Source of the DNA: a virus
Taxonomy: Duplodnaviria; Caudoviricetes
IMG/VR virus record: IMGVR_UViG_3300010352_002815
Span: 33,516-97,515 of that record
Reading direction: 5' to 3' (one strand)
Length of the DNA stretch: 64,000 nt
This document shows, piece after piece, positions 1 through 10,305 of the stretch. Positions within the stretch are counted from its first letter, which is position 1. Each line of letters starts with the position of its first letter. The notes below the pieces were generated by a model, which did not search any database, was not told where the DNA came from, and saw only the letters and a list, made by a program, of their open reading frames with translations. Both the position numbers and the translations under genes were made by a program.

Positions 1-927
1 CATCATGCGAGCTCCTAGTTCTTCGGCGTTAATAGCTTTTTCTTCGTGATCTCCATGAATGTCTATAGTGCCAGTCGGATGGAAATTAATGTGACCTTTC
101 TTAGTTGCTTCAGTAGTTGCATTTCCTAAACGAATATGACCAATACCTTCAGAATATTCCAGTGAAGTGTTTTTAGACGGATTTTCATCGTCTGATTCAA
201 AACGAAGATATGATCCACAACGACTATGCCATTCAGCCCTGCTATTGTAAGCTTGCAAGGATTCCGTTTGGGTTGAGTATTGTTTAAACCACTGTTCGCC
301 ACTTCTTGGAACAGAATCAACTATCCAACAATTTTTGCATGTAGGTTCGGCGTCACCCATTTGACAGTCCCAAACAAACATTTCGTCACGGCCTTTACCG
401 CCAGGCTGGCCAGTAACTGGACCGTGAAACAATTTCCTACAAATGGGCATCTTGCCTTTTGGATGATCCTTATAATCGTGGTTGCGATCTTGAGTTGGTT
501 CAAGCCACTGGCACCATTTCCAAACTTCGTCGTACATCGCATCAGCGCAAGTTGGTCCTCTCATTGGAGGAGCCTGATACGTAGTATTAACAGGTCCTAA
601 TATTATAGGTTGTGTATTATAAAGAAAAAGGACCTGAACTAAATCACCAACGCGCGGTGTCCAAGGATGTCCAAAACAATTACCAACGAAGTCTTGAAGC
701 ACACATTCATATTGGTGTTCGAGTTTGGTTGGGTCTACATTTTCTTTGGCATCGCGCACCTTAACTGTAACCGTATTATAATATTCGGGATGGTCGGGAC
801 TATGACACTGAACACCGTGCTCGCCTTTTTTGTTAAGTTTGACGACCGTGGCATATTCAATTTTCATTATATTCTGGAGCCATCTTTGGACACTACTTCC
901 TATGGAAGTCATTGGACCAGACGGCAT
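1..927 (-). CDS. Baseplate spike/gpV-like protein (3' end outside window)
   Basis: Own translation, absent from ORF track: MPSGPMTSIGSSVQRWLQ... open to position 1. OB-fold-like WTPRVGDLVQVLFLYNTQPIILG motif; lies downstream of hub gene. Confidence 0.65.
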   Translation of the reverse strand, partial: MPSGPMTSIGSSVQRWLQNIMKIEYATVVKLNKKGEHGVQCHSPDHPEYYNTVTVKVRDAKENVDPTKLEHQYECVLQDFVGNCFGHPWTPRVGDLVQVLFLYNTQPIILGPVNTTYQAPPMRGPTCADAMYDEVWKWCQWLEPTQDRNHDYKDHPKGKMPICRKLFHGPVTGQPGGKGRDEMFVWDCQMGDAEPTCKNCWIVDSVPRSGEQWFKQYSTQTESLQAYNSRAEWHSRCGSYLRFESDDENPSKNTSLEYSEGIGHIRLGNATTEATKKGHINFHPTGTIDIHGDHEEKAINAEELGARMM

Positions 928-1371
928 TTAGTCCACCATCCAAATAGCTGTTCCAAAATATCGATTTTTCTTGGCGATAGACTTCAAGAGTGATAGCGGC
1001 ATATCCAAATAGGATTTTGAACGGTCTTGGTGCTCAACCAACATCTTGAATTTACTGTTTTCAAAAATAACATTTGCATAACGGGACAAAACAAGTTCCT
1101 TAAATTCTTCGTCCGTTATGCCAGTATCTGAAGCATTTTCAGGAATTTCTTGGGTTGATAGTTCCGGTTCAGGATATGGATCCATAGACCATTTTCGCTT
1201 TGATGCGTCTCGAAATTCGCAGATCACCCGTTTAGGCATTTCAGCTAAGTCAAAATAACTATAATGATCGTCTGATGATTTAGCTCGAACTATATCACCG
1301 CTTTCAGAACAACGATAGACCCAAGTGGTTGTTCCATCACCATAAAAAGTATAAAGGTAGTTATCGCTCAT
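928..1371 (-). CDS. Hypothetical protein in baseplate operon
   Basis: 147-aa ORF tightly coupled to both neighbours. Confidence 0.55.
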   Translation of the reverse strand: MSDNYLYTFYGDGTTTWVYRCSESGDIVRAKSSDDHYSYFDLAEMPKRVICEFRDASKRKWSMDPYPEPELSTQEIPENASDTGITDEEFKELVLSRYANVIFENSKFKMLVEHQDRSKSYLDMPLSLLKSIAKKNRYFGTAIWMVD

Positions 1372-3050
1372 TAATAATTGCTCCGCCAGTTAGGTGACTT
1401 TTCGTCGTTAGCTGATTCGATATTTGAAATTTGGTCCTTGAAATGATCAGAAACTTCAGTAGGTGGATTATCACTATAATTAAATGGATCTAAAAATGTA
1501 CCAGAATAGCCATAAGTCCATTTGCCGTTTCTGAATACTGCTTGCCAACGCTGACCATCTGACGCAACATATTCGTCGGTATTTAATATAAGGCCTTCAT
1601 ATGTAGATGTTAGTTCATTACCATAACCATTGTTGATGCGGGCAACTTCTAAGTGGGTTATTATTCCCGCAGAACTATATTCGACTTCCTTTTTCTTGAC
1701 TCCGCCATAGATCCAGAGAAGTTCTCCCGTCTGTAAATCAGGAACTTGGAAAATAACCATACTAAGTATTTTTGGAATTCTATTGGCAACCACTAATTTA
1801 ATATCTCGGTCAATATATTGTTTGAAGTTTTCATCTTTTATATCAGATTCTACGTCTGCTTGTACTGACATTAAATTAGGGTCATGTATTATCGAGTCTT
1901 CCGTTTTACCGTACCGATAAATACTTTCCCAGTTATATTTGGTTGCAAATAATTCATCTTTTACAGATGACGGTATATGCCGCATAGTATCTTCAATGGA
2001 AGTTGTTCCAGCAATTGTTGTGATTACGTTAGCGTGGCCAAATATTGTTGACGTGTCAGCAGGTTCAATAACATATGGGTCTAGAAATACTGTTTCTGTG
2101 AAGGAATCAGAATCTGTAAGAACTACATAAACGTTATCGTCGAAATCGTGACCATAATAAAAACTTTCTTTGTTATCGGTGGCTAGGCTTCGTAGAGCTT
2201 CATTACCTGATAGGTCAGATGGAGTATAGTCTTGTTTACGTAAAACAGGATTATTTAATTTAAGGTTTTTAATTTCAATACCTAAATTACCGCCATTATT
2301 AATTTGGTCTACAGTTTCTTGCATTTTTAGTATGTAGCCATCTTCTGGTGACCAAGTTGTATCCTTATAGGAACCAGCAGCTTCTATTGAAATGCAACCA
2401 AATGTTACTACAGCCGTTTCATTATTATATTTGGCATCAGCCATAAAACCTTGAAAGATCATGTAAGTGCTGGTTTGTACACCGTTGTCCATATTGTAGT
2501 CTATAGCAGCCTGACTCCATATTCGGGTAATTCGTGGCGCCCATTGGTATGAAGCTATTTTCTTGCCGTATTTTTGATAATTATTGTTTAATGTTACAGT
2601 ACAAGATGCCTGTTCATTGCCTTCGTCATAACCGGAAGACATAGTGGCTGTTATGCTTATAATGTCTGCGGATACAACGTCGCCACCAATTACTGTATAT
2701 GTTCGAATGCCTTGACCTAAGCCACTTCCAGAATTTTGAGCAATTGGGTCTTCATTATCATTAGATGGGGGCACTGCTTCATCAGAAGGATCATCCTTTT
2801 CATCGGCAATGTTTGCAGTGCCGTAACCCATTAAAGCAAGTTTTAATGTCGCATCTGGTGTTTCGCCTGCTGCTATAGCATCCTGGTATTCTTGAATTTC
2901 TTCGTAAAGAGCGTTGTAACCTTTTGTATACCAATCACTTAATTTATCGTTACTTTCAGCTGGAGCTTCCGGCTTAAACATCGTAACGACGTTTCCAGGA
3001 TATGCAGCAGGATTAGCGTCCAAATATTCAGGAATTGTCCATTGTACCAT
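1371..3050 (-). CDS. Baseplate hub / gpD-like tail protein
   Basis: Position after tape measure and tube initiator; beta-rich segment SCTVTLNN...IFQGFM typical of hub proteins. Confidence 0.55.
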   Translation of the reverse strand: MVQWTIPEYLDANPAAYPGNVVTMFKPEAPAESNDKLSDWYTKGYNALYEEIQEYQDAIAAGETPDATLKLALMGYGTANIADEKDDPSDEAVPPSNDNEDPIAQNSGSGLGQGIRTYTVIGGDVVSADIISITATMSSGYDEGNEQASCTVTLNNNYQKYGKKIASYQWAPRITRIWSQAAIDYNMDNGVQTSTYMIFQGFMADAKYNNETAVVTFGCISIEAAGSYKDTTWSPEDGYILKMQETVDQINNGGNLGIEIKNLKLNNPVLRKQDYTPSDLSGNEALRSLATDNKESFYYGHDFDDNVYVVLTDSDSFTETVFLDPYVIEPADTSTIFGHANVITTIAGTTSIEDTMRHIPSSVKDELFATKYNWESIYRYGKTEDSIIHDPNLMSVQADVESDIKDENFKQYIDRDIKLVVANRIPKILSMVIFQVPDLQTGELLWIYGGVKKKEVEYSSAGIITHLEVARINNGYGNELTSTYEGLILNTDEYVASDGQRWQAVFRNGKWTYGYSGTFLDPFNYSDNPPTEVSDHFKDQISNIESANDEKSPNWRSNY

Positions 3051-3058
3051 ATTAAGCC

Positions 3059-3454
3059 TCAGTCATTTTCTTCCTTGAGCTTTAAGGAACACTGAAAACG
3101 GTAATCATCGTTACCTTCTTCAGAAATAGCAGTAAACGATTCAATGTACATTGGAATTGACTTAAATGCGGTTTCAACTTGATATGGTCCTGCGTTGTCG
3201 ACTTTTGTTTGGATTTGTTGCATACGTTCCTTGGTTACTATCACAAAATCCATATCGCATTTCCAGAGAGTTAGTTTGGACGTCCGACATGTTTTATGAG
3301 CAGGCCATGGTATTTCGTGGGTCTTTATAGAATTTTCTTTACTCCATGTTATGCGGGTCGGATTTGGCTGACCATATGGAATTGAACCATCTTCCTGGGT
3401 TTCTCCTAACGGCTCATTAAAGGTATAGTCGCCTATTTTTACTGTAAATGTCAT
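3059..3454 (-). CDS. Tail tube initiator-like protein
   Basis: Directly follows tape measure; start moved to MTFTVKIG behind a GGAG RBS; ends FQCSLKLKE. Confidence 0.5.
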   Translation of the reverse strand: MTFTVKIGDYTFNEPLGETQEDGSIPYGQPNPTRITWSKENSIKTHEIPWPAHKTCRTSKLTLWKCDMDFVIVTKERMQQIQTKVDNAGPYQVETAFKSIPMYIESFTAISEEGNDDYRFQCSLKLKEEND

Positions 3455-3495
3455 AATATTGTTTGATTCTCCTTGATATGCTTTTAAAAATATTT

Positions 3496-6021
3496 TTAGT
3501 AGCTTCCGTATGTTCTGGTACACTTTCCGATAATGTTTTTGACTGCTCTTTCAAATGCAAAGTCATCTAAGTAACGGCCATTTCCAGTACCGGGACCAGA
3601 AGACTTATAATCCATGTTAACTACGATTGTGACGCCGTTCTTGGAAGATGATCCACCACTAGATGCAATTTCTTCTAATAAATTTATTAAATTGGAGTCA
3701 CGAGCTACACTAGCTGGAATAATAGGTTCACCGGAATCGACCCAAGCTAAGCCCGATTTTGTTACTTCACCACCTACTGCATTTTTGGTTAAATAACCGT
3801 ATACGCCTTTTCCTGCGCCCCATAATGCAGATGCTCCATATCCTAAAGTATTGAAGATACTCCAAGAAGAAGCAGACATACCAGTCTTGCCGTTATTAAG
3901 GTTTTCTTGGGTTTGTGCTACGTCTTTTGTAAACTTATCGTTAATTGCTGACATAGCTCCAGCTGCAGCAGCTCCAACTAAAGTTGTCGAAGTAGCACCG
4001 GCTCCGGTTGCTCCACCGCCAGAACTTAACATATTAATAAGATCTTTAGCTGCATTATATTCTGGATCAGATATACCATATTTTGTTTTAGTAGCTTGAA
4101 TATCTGCTGAATTCCCGGATGCAATAGCATCAAATAGAGCATTTAGTCCTTCTGGACTACGAGTAGCCAACGGGCTTAACGCATTATTAGATTTAGCGGC
4201 TTCCATGAAGGCGTTTTTGAGATCTTCTCCAGTCAATGTTTTGCCAAATACTTTTTCAACAATTTTGATAACTGAGTCCCAGATACCCTTTAAAGGCATA
4301 TATAAATATTTATAGAAGAGACCGATAATGTAATCCACGAAGTCTCTGATCTTTTTAATAAGGTCTCGAATCTGTTCCGCAAAGTCAATCAATTTATATA
4401 ATGGAACGCCCAGCAATCTAGTAATTACAGAAAAGAATGTTGTACCATTAAATATACCCGCAAAGACATCTTTGATACCTGCAAAAGCAACTTCCATGGT
4501 GGGCATTTTAATGTGAGTCAGGGATTTCCAGGCTCCGCCAAAGTCTCCTGAAAAGGCTTTCTTAACTGCAGAAATTAATGGCTTTAATATACCTAATTTA
4601 TCGGCTATCAAGGCTAGGATGCCTACTAGTATTGCTCCAGCTGCGATAAATGGTAATAATGGCGAAAGGAATGCCCATACTCCAGCCGCTAATGCGTAGG
4701 CTCCGGTTGCAGCGGTTCCTTCTGCGGCAGATAATCCTAATAGGCTACCTATGCCTAGCATGTTAGCTGCGTTAGCGGCATATTGAGTAGCGGTGTGCCA
4801 GATGTTTGCTCCAATTAATCGAAGTCTAGTAGCTAACGAAGTATTTTGAGCACCATTATTAAGTTCTGTTACAGCAAATTCACCTTCCATGGCTCCCGTT
4901 AATAACGCATGCGATCCTGCGTCCGCAACAGTAGCAGAAGCTTCTGAAGCTTTTAGCATCGTACTGATACCAGAAGTTATATTAAGAGCTTTCATTAAGT
5001 TCCAGAGAGGAGTCATTACTCCAATTGTAACACTTAATGCTGATGCTAATGCTAATGCCATTCCCGCGAAACCTATTAACGCAGATCCTCCAGGAATATT
5101 AGTAATTGTTTCTACTAAGTTTGAAACGACAACAGTAACAAATGTCATTGGCTTTGCAATACTATCGCCAATAGAAGATTTTAATTGCCCTAATCTAGAA
5201 TCCAAAACATCCCAAGGCCTAAGGTCAATTTGAGCCTTCATATCAATTACAGAACCTTCTTGAACAAGTCTGTTTATTCTTTTTTGAGCAGACTTCATTG
5301 AAGGTTCGTCTAAACTGATACCCAAGGCAGTTGAAAGACTTTTGGCTCTGATGCTCTTGGACATATCACCTGATGTCATAGTGAGACGTCTTACTAACTG
5401 TTCAGGAGACGAAATGCCTTCTTCTTCCATTAATTCTTTTCGGGACGTATAGAACGCTTCTAATGATCCAGCTTGATCTACTTTATTTTGGCCAGATTTG
5501 CCCATATATTTTCCGCCGGCCATTATAGTAGCATAAGCACCTTTCATGTTGGAAGTTACGGTTCCTAAACCCATTTCAGCTTGTTCTTCTGCTTGTTTTT
5601 TAAGTTCGTCAAAAGAAATTCCAAGTTTTTTATTGGTGTCTATAGCTTGCTTCATTTCAGCAACATATAAGTTAGATTTGGCTTTTGATAACCAAGCTAG
5701 ACCCGAAACAGCACCACCGGCAGTCATTCCAAGTAATGCACCAGACATTTCTTGGATACTTTTTTGGACGTCTCCTAACGAACTTTTTACGGAGTTGAAG
5801 GCTCCAGACATCTTACTGCCTAGAGAACTGAAAGCATTTCCTGAGTTGTTGGCAGCACTTGATAACTTATTCACCGAAGAAGTAGCCTGTTCTGCTCCTG
5901 CGCCTACTGTGACCTTTTGTCCGGAAAGTTGGCTAGCTTTTTTAGAAATAGCATCCAACTTGGCTTCTGGATTTCCTGCGATTTCTACGAGTATGCTGAC
6001 AGATCTGGCGTAATCGGAAAT
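3496..6021 (-). CDS. Tail tape measure protein (probable ATT start at 6021)
   Basis: Long Ala/Gly-rich helical protein with hydrophobic stretches after the chaperone; C-terminal AVGGEV...GEPIIP motif; frame open 21 codons upstream of track start, behind GGGAG. Confidence 0.9.
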   Translation of the reverse strand: MSDYARSVSILVEIAGNPEAKLDAISKKASQLSGQKVTVGAGAEQATSSVNKLSSAANNSGNAFSSLGSKMSGAFNSVKSSLGDVQKSIQEMSGALLGMTAGGAVSGLAWLSKAKSNLYVAEMKQAIDTNKKLGISFDELKKQAEEQAEMGLGTVTSNMKGAYATIMAGGKYMGKSGQNKVDQAGSLEAFYTSRKELMEEEGISSPEQLVRRLTMTSGDMSKSIRAKSLSTALGISLDEPSMKSAQKRINRLVQEGSVIDMKAQIDLRPWDVLDSRLGQLKSSIGDSIAKPMTFVTVVVSNLVETITNIPGGSALIGFAGMALALASALSVTIGVMTPLWNLMKALNITSGISTMLKASEASATVADAGSHALLTGAMEGEFAVTELNNGAQNTSLATRLRLIGANIWHTATQYAANAANMLGIGSLLGLSAAEGTAATGAYALAAGVWAFLSPLLPFIAAGAILVGILALIADKLGILKPLISAVKKAFSGDFGGAWKSLTHIKMPTMEVAFAGIKDVFAGIFNGTTFFSVITRLLGVPLYKLIDFAEQIRDLIKKIRDFVDYIIGLFYKYLYMPLKGIWDSVIKIVEKVFGKTLTGEDLKNAFMEAAKSNNALSPLATRSPEGLNALFDAIASGNSADIQATKTKYGISDPEYNAAKDLINMLSSGGGATGAGATSTTLVGAAAAGAMSAINDKFTKDVAQTQENLNNGKTGMSASSWSIFNTLGYGASALWGAGKGVYGYLTKNAVGGEVTKSGLAWVDSGEPIIPASVARDSNLINLLEEIASSGGSSSKNGVTIVVNMDYKSSGPGTGNGRYLDDFAFERAVKNIIGKCTRTYGSY

Positions 6022-6055
6022 GGTTTAACAACTCCCTAAAAAGGTTATAAAATGT

Positions 6056-6714
6056 TTACTTGGTTTTATTCTTCTCTACAACAGCAAGCCAACGTTTCTT
6101 AGCATCTTCACTGCAAGTATCGTACTTAAAGTTCTTAGGAAGTTTGCACTTCATACGATTTAAGAATTCCTTGTGGGTTAGAGTACGACCACCGGGCTTT
6201 TTGCCAGCTTTAGCTAATGCAATAATTTCTTGAATGTGAGAAATGGCATCTAATTGCAGGCGCGTCATCTTACCAATTGGCTTATTGCTTATTTTATATC
6301 CTGAATAATGGAGCCAGACAAGCTTTTGGCCTTCTGCTCCTTGAAAAAATCCAAGAGTTCTTGACTACCTACTGACGATATATTAATGATTTCGCGACCT
6401 ATTTCAACTAGAGCATTTCCGACCATGCTTTCAAAAACTTCTTTTTGTTCTTCTTTTGGAGCATCTGGATTAATGATTTCGTGGAGTGACGGATCTACAA
6501 TACCATATCGACAAGCTTCAATTGGTAAAATATAATTATCTGATATTTTAGTGTCTTCCATAGAAATTAGGAATCCTTCTTTTTCGACTTTCTTGAATAC
6601 TTTTGCAATTTCGATTTCCGTCAGCGGGCGTATCTCGATATCCTCGTTATATACGGTTATGTGCACAGTTTTTCGGAATTTAGTTCCTTCTAAAATAAGT
6701 TCTTTTGATATCAT
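6056..6714 (-). CDS. Tail assembly chaperone frameshift product (gpGT-like, -1 frameshift)
   Basis: A -1 shift at T TTT TTC gives DFFQGAEGQKLVWLHYSGYKISNKPIGK, in frame with the 70-aa ORF 6056..6268. Confidence 0.8.
6289..6714 (-). CDS. Tail assembly chaperone (gpG-like)
   Basis: Between tube and tape measure; IEIRPLTEIE motif; slippery site near 3' end. Confidence 0.8.
   Translation of the reverse strand: MISKELILEGTKFRKTVHITVYNEDIEIRPLTEIEIAKVFKKVEKEGFLISMEDTKISDNYILPIEACRYGIVDPSLHEIINPDAPKEEQKEVFESMVGNALVEIGREIINISSVGSQELLDFFKEQKAKSLSGSIIQDIK
6343..6349 (-). other. -1 ribosomal frameshift heptamer TTTTTTC
   Basis: X XXY YYZ heptamer in the correct phase (GAT TTT TTC); -1 frame has no stop before the downstream ORF. 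Confidence 0.8.
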
Positions 6715-6752
6715 GTTTGATTTTCCTTGCTTTTATTATATTATGTTAAAAT

Positions 6753-7256
6753 TTACTTAGGATCTCTATACATTGCACTGAATGAATACTTAGTGGATGC
6801 AGTGGAACCTACGTTACCAACACTCAAAGAATCTCCGGTCAGTAAACATCTATAAAATGTTACTATTGAATGGCCAATAACTTCAGTAGGACCTTCTCGA
6901 ATAGATCGATCATACGCAGCACCATTATCACCAATTACAATAGTGAATTCTCTACCAAGACCGTTAGCTGCATAAGTAAGATTTTCTTTAATAAGATCCA
7001 TCCACTTTTCTGGGTTTTCAGCAGAAGATACCCACCAGGTTCCGATTTCAAAGTCGCCTTTGTAGTCGATTTTGCCTTGAGTCTGACCATACTTTTCGTG
7101 AGAACCAGTTCCCCATTCTGGTGTTACATCAGTACTTTTTTGTACTGAAACAGACTTCAACGGAATAATATGAGGAATACCGTTAGCGGTAGATGTAAAA
7201 GTTACCACTATGTCTCCTGGATCTTCTGCAACTATTGTATATGCACTATCTGCCAT
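6753..7256 (-). CDS. Tail tube protein
   Basis: 167 aa directly after sheath; QGKIDYKGDFEI motif. Confidence 0.8.
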   Translation of the reverse strand: MADSAYTIVAEDPGDIVVTFTSTANGIPHIIPLKSVSVQKSTDVTPEWGTGSHEKYGQTQGKIDYKGDFEIGTWWVSSAENPEKWMDLIKENLTYAANGLGREFTIVIGDNGAAYDRSIREGPTEVIGHSIVTFYRCLLTGDSLSVGNVGSTASTKYSFSAMYRDPK

Positions 7257-7293
7257 AAATGTTATAACTCCTTAAAAATGTTTGGAAGTGAGT

Positions 7294-8976
7294 TTATTCC
7301 TCGCTCACTTCAGTAATAACGCTAGTATCCTCATTTTCATTTAGGATGCCAACTGCGATTGTTTCATCTATGCGTTCTATGTGGCCTATGTTCTCCATAC
7401 TGATTTTAACGATGACTTTTCCGGTATCTGTGTCATCTGGATAAACATCGAGTTTATAAGCTCTAATATTTTCATCACGTAATAAATCGTTAAGAACTGA
7501 AGCAATAGAAGCTTTCATTGCAGACATTACTGCATTAGTACGCTTTTCGTGGAAATATTGTTGAGCAATTTCGTTAGAGCAAACAATGACCCAATTAATG
7601 GTACGATTATCAACCGTTCTTAAGAACTGCCAAGTTTGGTCAGTAGTAATTCCAACGTATGGTCTGATGCCTCGGCTCTTTATAATCGCATCAACTCTTG
7701 CGTCAGTATCTTGAGTTAAAGTGTCAACTTCGTCTTGGTCGAAAGTATTCAATAAACCATTTAAGCCGTTCATTGCATTGCGGGGTAGGGCAGCACTTTC
7801 GCCAATTGCTACTGCGGCTTCCTTACCAGCTCTAGCACATGCAATATTTTGAACTGTTGAAGAATTGTCCCAAGCGTTGCCAACTATTGTCAGAAGACGA
7901 TTCGAATACCCAGATGCTAAATCCAATAATTGATCCACGGATAAGTTTGGAGCAGCAGCCACGAAACACTGGCATGGATGGAACTTATTAGCCATTTCAG
8001 ATGCCCAGCCGTCTAATACCGGTATTAAATCATGAGTACCAATGTCAACTTCATATTCTGTGATACAAGCGCATTGAGGAGCACCTATTAGTTCTGCGGC
8101 GGCGTTTCCACCGACCCATAACGCATCTTCCCAGTCATCGGTTGTAATTGTTGATCCGTCTAGTCCACCTGTTAAAATGTGCGTGGTGGCAGCATCAATT
8201 TTTGGTAAGTGAGTTTCGCCAGATACCGCTTCAGCTTCCACGAAACCTGAAGAATTGAGACGAGCAACCAGTTTAACCAAGGATGAAATATTATCATAGG
8301 TGTAAGTCGATTCATTGTCAGAAAGGACAATCTTGACAGTATAATATTTTAAGCTATATGTAATCAAGGAAGTTGCGGCTACCGCAGTTCCAAAAGTCAA
8401 ACTTCCGTTGACAGTATCAACATATACTTGATCTGCGGAAGGTGGAGCAGTATAAGTAATTGTCTTAGCGACTCCGGCAACTTTCACCCAATTTGCAGAG
8501 CTCTGATATAAAGCAATATTATCCGTGTAATACGGACCTACTGTTCCATCACCTGGAATGCCGTACTGGGAAAATTCTGTGGCTTTATAACTGCCTTGAA
8601 GCACCTTGGCGGTAATTGCATTGCCCCAAATTCCGGGAGAATACGCGCCAATAGTTACGACATCGTTTGGAGAAGATAAGCCGTCTGTTAATGTTTTTGT
8701 TGCAGTCGCATGACTAGTACCTAATACCCTGACAGCATAGACAACAGGAGCGCCTTGCGCAAATATAATTTCAATAGCGTCTTTTAAGCCACCAGAATAG
8801 AAATAATGGCTAGCCTCTGTAGATGACGTCATTACAACGCATTCGTCAACGGGACCTCTTACAGCCCTACCAACTACGAGTACAGTGCCTTTTCCTACAA
8901 TAACAGGAACTGGACCAACTGTCTCTAACTTAATAATCAGTCTTACGAACTGATTTGGATTTCCATATTCAACCAT
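7294..8976 (-). CDS. Contractile tail sheath protein
   Basis: VGRAVRGPVD N-terminal motif, SPGIWGNAI, LTGGLDG, C-terminal WQFLRTVDNRTINW sheath domain. Confidence 0.92.
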   Translation of the reverse strand: MVEYGNPNQFVRLIIKLETVGPVPVIVGKGTVLVVGRAVRGPVDECVVMTSSTEASHYFYSGGLKDAIEIIFAQGAPVVYAVRVLGTSHATATKTLTDGLSSPNDVVTIGAYSPGIWGNAITAKVLQGSYKATEFSQYGIPGDGTVGPYYTDNIALYQSSANWVKVAGVAKTITYTAPPSADQVYVDTVNGSLTFGTAVAATSLITYSLKYYTVKIVLSDNESTYTYDNISSLVKLVARLNSSGFVEAEAVSGETHLPKIDAATTHILTGGLDGSTITTDDWEDALWVGGNAAAELIGAPQCACITEYEVDIGTHDLIPVLDGWASEMANKFHPCQCFVAAAPNLSVDQLLDLASGYSNRLLTIVGNAWDNSSTVQNIACARAGKEAAVAIGESAALPRNAMNGLNGLLNTFDQDEVDTLTQDTDARVDAIIKSRGIRPYVGITTDQTWQFLRTVDNRTINWVIVCSNEIAQQYFHEKRTNAVMSAMKASIASVLNDLLRDENIRAYKLDVYPDDTDTGKVIVKISMENIGHIERIDETIAVGILNENEDTSVITEVSEE

Positions 8977-9002
8977 AAATTAATAACTCCATAAAAAGGT
9001 GT

Positions 9003-9149
9003 TTAGACTGTTATCAGGGTGGTTTTGACATTATAACCATCCTTAAAATATTTCTGATAGACGTCTTTAGAGATCTTCCCATCTCGATAAGCGGAATAGA
9101 CACTCATCCGACGTTCTTCAGGAGGTTCTTCAATTAATTTTGATTTCAT
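9003..9149 (-). CDS. 48-aa late protein with AYRxGxIS module
   Basis: Own translation MKSKLIEEPPEERRMSVYSAYRDGKISKDVYQKYFKDGY...; follows late-promoter motif; similar to N-termini of 22175..22528 and 40230..40628. Confidence 0.65.
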   Translation of the reverse strand: MKSKLIEEPPEERRMSVYSAYRDGKISKDVYQKYFKDGYNVKTTLITV

Positions 9150-9166
9150 GAATAGTACCTACTAAA

Positions 9167-9204
9167 TTATAATCAAATAATAGAAACGATTTAATATTTT
9201 ACGA
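9167..9204 (-). promoter_or_regulatory. Putative viral late promoter, copy 1 (TCGTAAAA-N16-TTATTTGATTATAA)
   Basis: Bipartite repeat with fixed spacing, upstream of sheath operon. Confidence 0.75.
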
Positions 9205-9267
9205 CTAATGTTATAAGAGCAAAAAGTACTTATAATAAATCAAATAAAAGTACTTTAGGTGATTTAA

Positions 9268-9414
9268 ATGTCTAATATTCATTTAGACGATTTATCAAAT
9301 AACGAGTTAAAATCATTAGGACATACAGAAAAAGAAATTCAGAAAATTAGAAAAGAAGCTATGTTATTAAGAAACTTCCAGATTGATAGATATATGGATG
9401 AGAGTGAATATTAA
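9268..9414 (+). CDS. Small early-island protein (48 aa)
   Basis: Own translation MSNIHLDDLSNNELKSLG...; GGTGA RBS; promoter-like AAAAAGTACTTATA near 9221. Confidence 0.55.
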   Translation: MSNIHLDDLSNNELKSLGHTEKEIQKIRKEAMLLRNFQIDRYMDESEY

Positions 9415-9635
9415 TGTCTATATTAAAGTATCTACCAAAGGACCCAATTGAAGATCTTATATTTGGTCTATCGTGTGTTGCCTGCGCCTCCGGAATGTTC
9501 GTAATGAAAGAAATGTCTACATTTATATTATGGGATATATTGTACGGATTATTTGGAACGTTGATCGTATTTTATGCAACGTATTTTATATATCACATGA
9601 CACAGTGGCATAAAGACACTTTCGGAAGTGAGTAA
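9414..9635 (+). CDS. Small membrane protein
   Basis: Two hydrophobic segments; TAATG overlap with previous gene. Confidence 0.55.
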   Translation: MSILKYLPKDPIEDLIFGLSCVACASGMFVMKEMSTFILWDILYGLFGTLIVFYATYFIYHMTQWHKDTFGSE

Positions 9636-9650
9636 CCAAAACTTTTATAT
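9635..9650 (+). promoter_or_regulatory. Archaeal-type BRE-TATA promoter (ACCAAAACTTTTATAT)
   Basis: About 23 nt upstream of ATG 9673 (leaderless geometry); motif recurs before other early genes. Confidence 0.65.
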
Positions 9651-9672
9651 TCTCATATAACTACTAAGTACT

Positions 9673-9939
9673 ATGAAAGAATCGTTTGAGAAATTAGGAT
9701 TGGTTGCCTTGCAACTAATCAGAGAAGAATTCCAAGAAGATCCGAAAGATGACCAAATGCTATTCGTATTATATAAAACAAAGCCTGATACGAGCTTAGT
9801 CGAGGTTGTAAATGTAAAGACTTCCGATAATACATTTAAAGAATTCTATAAATACAAGGACTTTAGATACAACGGAGTTCCAGTAATCACATTACGGGTT
9901 TCGAACACAGAATTCGAATACTACCTACGATTACTTTAA
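9673..9939 (+). CDS. Hypothetical early protein
   Basis: 88-aa ORF behind BRE-TATA. Confidence 0.6.
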   Translation: MKESFEKLGLVALQLIREEFQEDPKDDQMLFVLYKTKPDTSLVEVVNVKTSDNTFKEFYKYKDFRYNGVPVITLRVSNTEFEYYLRLL

Positions 9940-9953
9940 TTTTTTGAGGTTAA

Positions 9954-10142
9954 ATGACAAAAGGACGATTAAGTATTCGAGAAGAACAAATCCTTGGAAA
10001 TATAAAATCGGAAAAGTTCACTACTAAGGAAATCGGAGCCCGTTGTAGTGAATTAATCCGATTGGAAAATCGTGGACTCGTCAAACGCAGCGGAATGACT
10101 GGTCCTAGAAACAGAACAACAATTTGGCAGAAGGTGATTTAA
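9954..10142 (+). CDS. Small winged-helix-like DNA-binding protein
   Basis: FTTKEIG...LIRLENRGLVKRSG...IW pattern; GAGGT RBS. Confidence 0.5.
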   Translation: MTKGRLSIREEQILGNIKSEKFTTKEIGARCSELIRLENRGLVKRSGMTGPRNRTTIWQKVI

Positions 10143-10295
10143 ATGTCTGAACTAACTGATAAAATGTTCCAAAATTTTTGGTCTGGTCAAAATAGAGAAC
10201 AAAATACTAGTATTGAAAAGAAGACCACAATCACTCGACAAGAACTCTACGAAAAACTAAAAAGAATAGAAAATAGAAATAATAAAAATATTTAA
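10143..10295 (+). CDS. Small hypothetical protein (50 aa)
   Basis: Own translation MSELTDKMFQNFWSGQ...; GGTGA RBS. Confidence 0.45.
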   Translation: MSELTDKMFQNFWSGQNREQNTSIEKKTTITRQELYEKLKRIENRNNKNI

Positions 10296-10305
10296 TAATA
10301 CTTTT

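Noticed and set aside
126-993. Track ORFs 126..320, 280..600, 321..542 and 667..993
   Set aside because: Shadows of a continuous minus-strand frame (927 to the window edge) that the track missed because it has no stop inside the window
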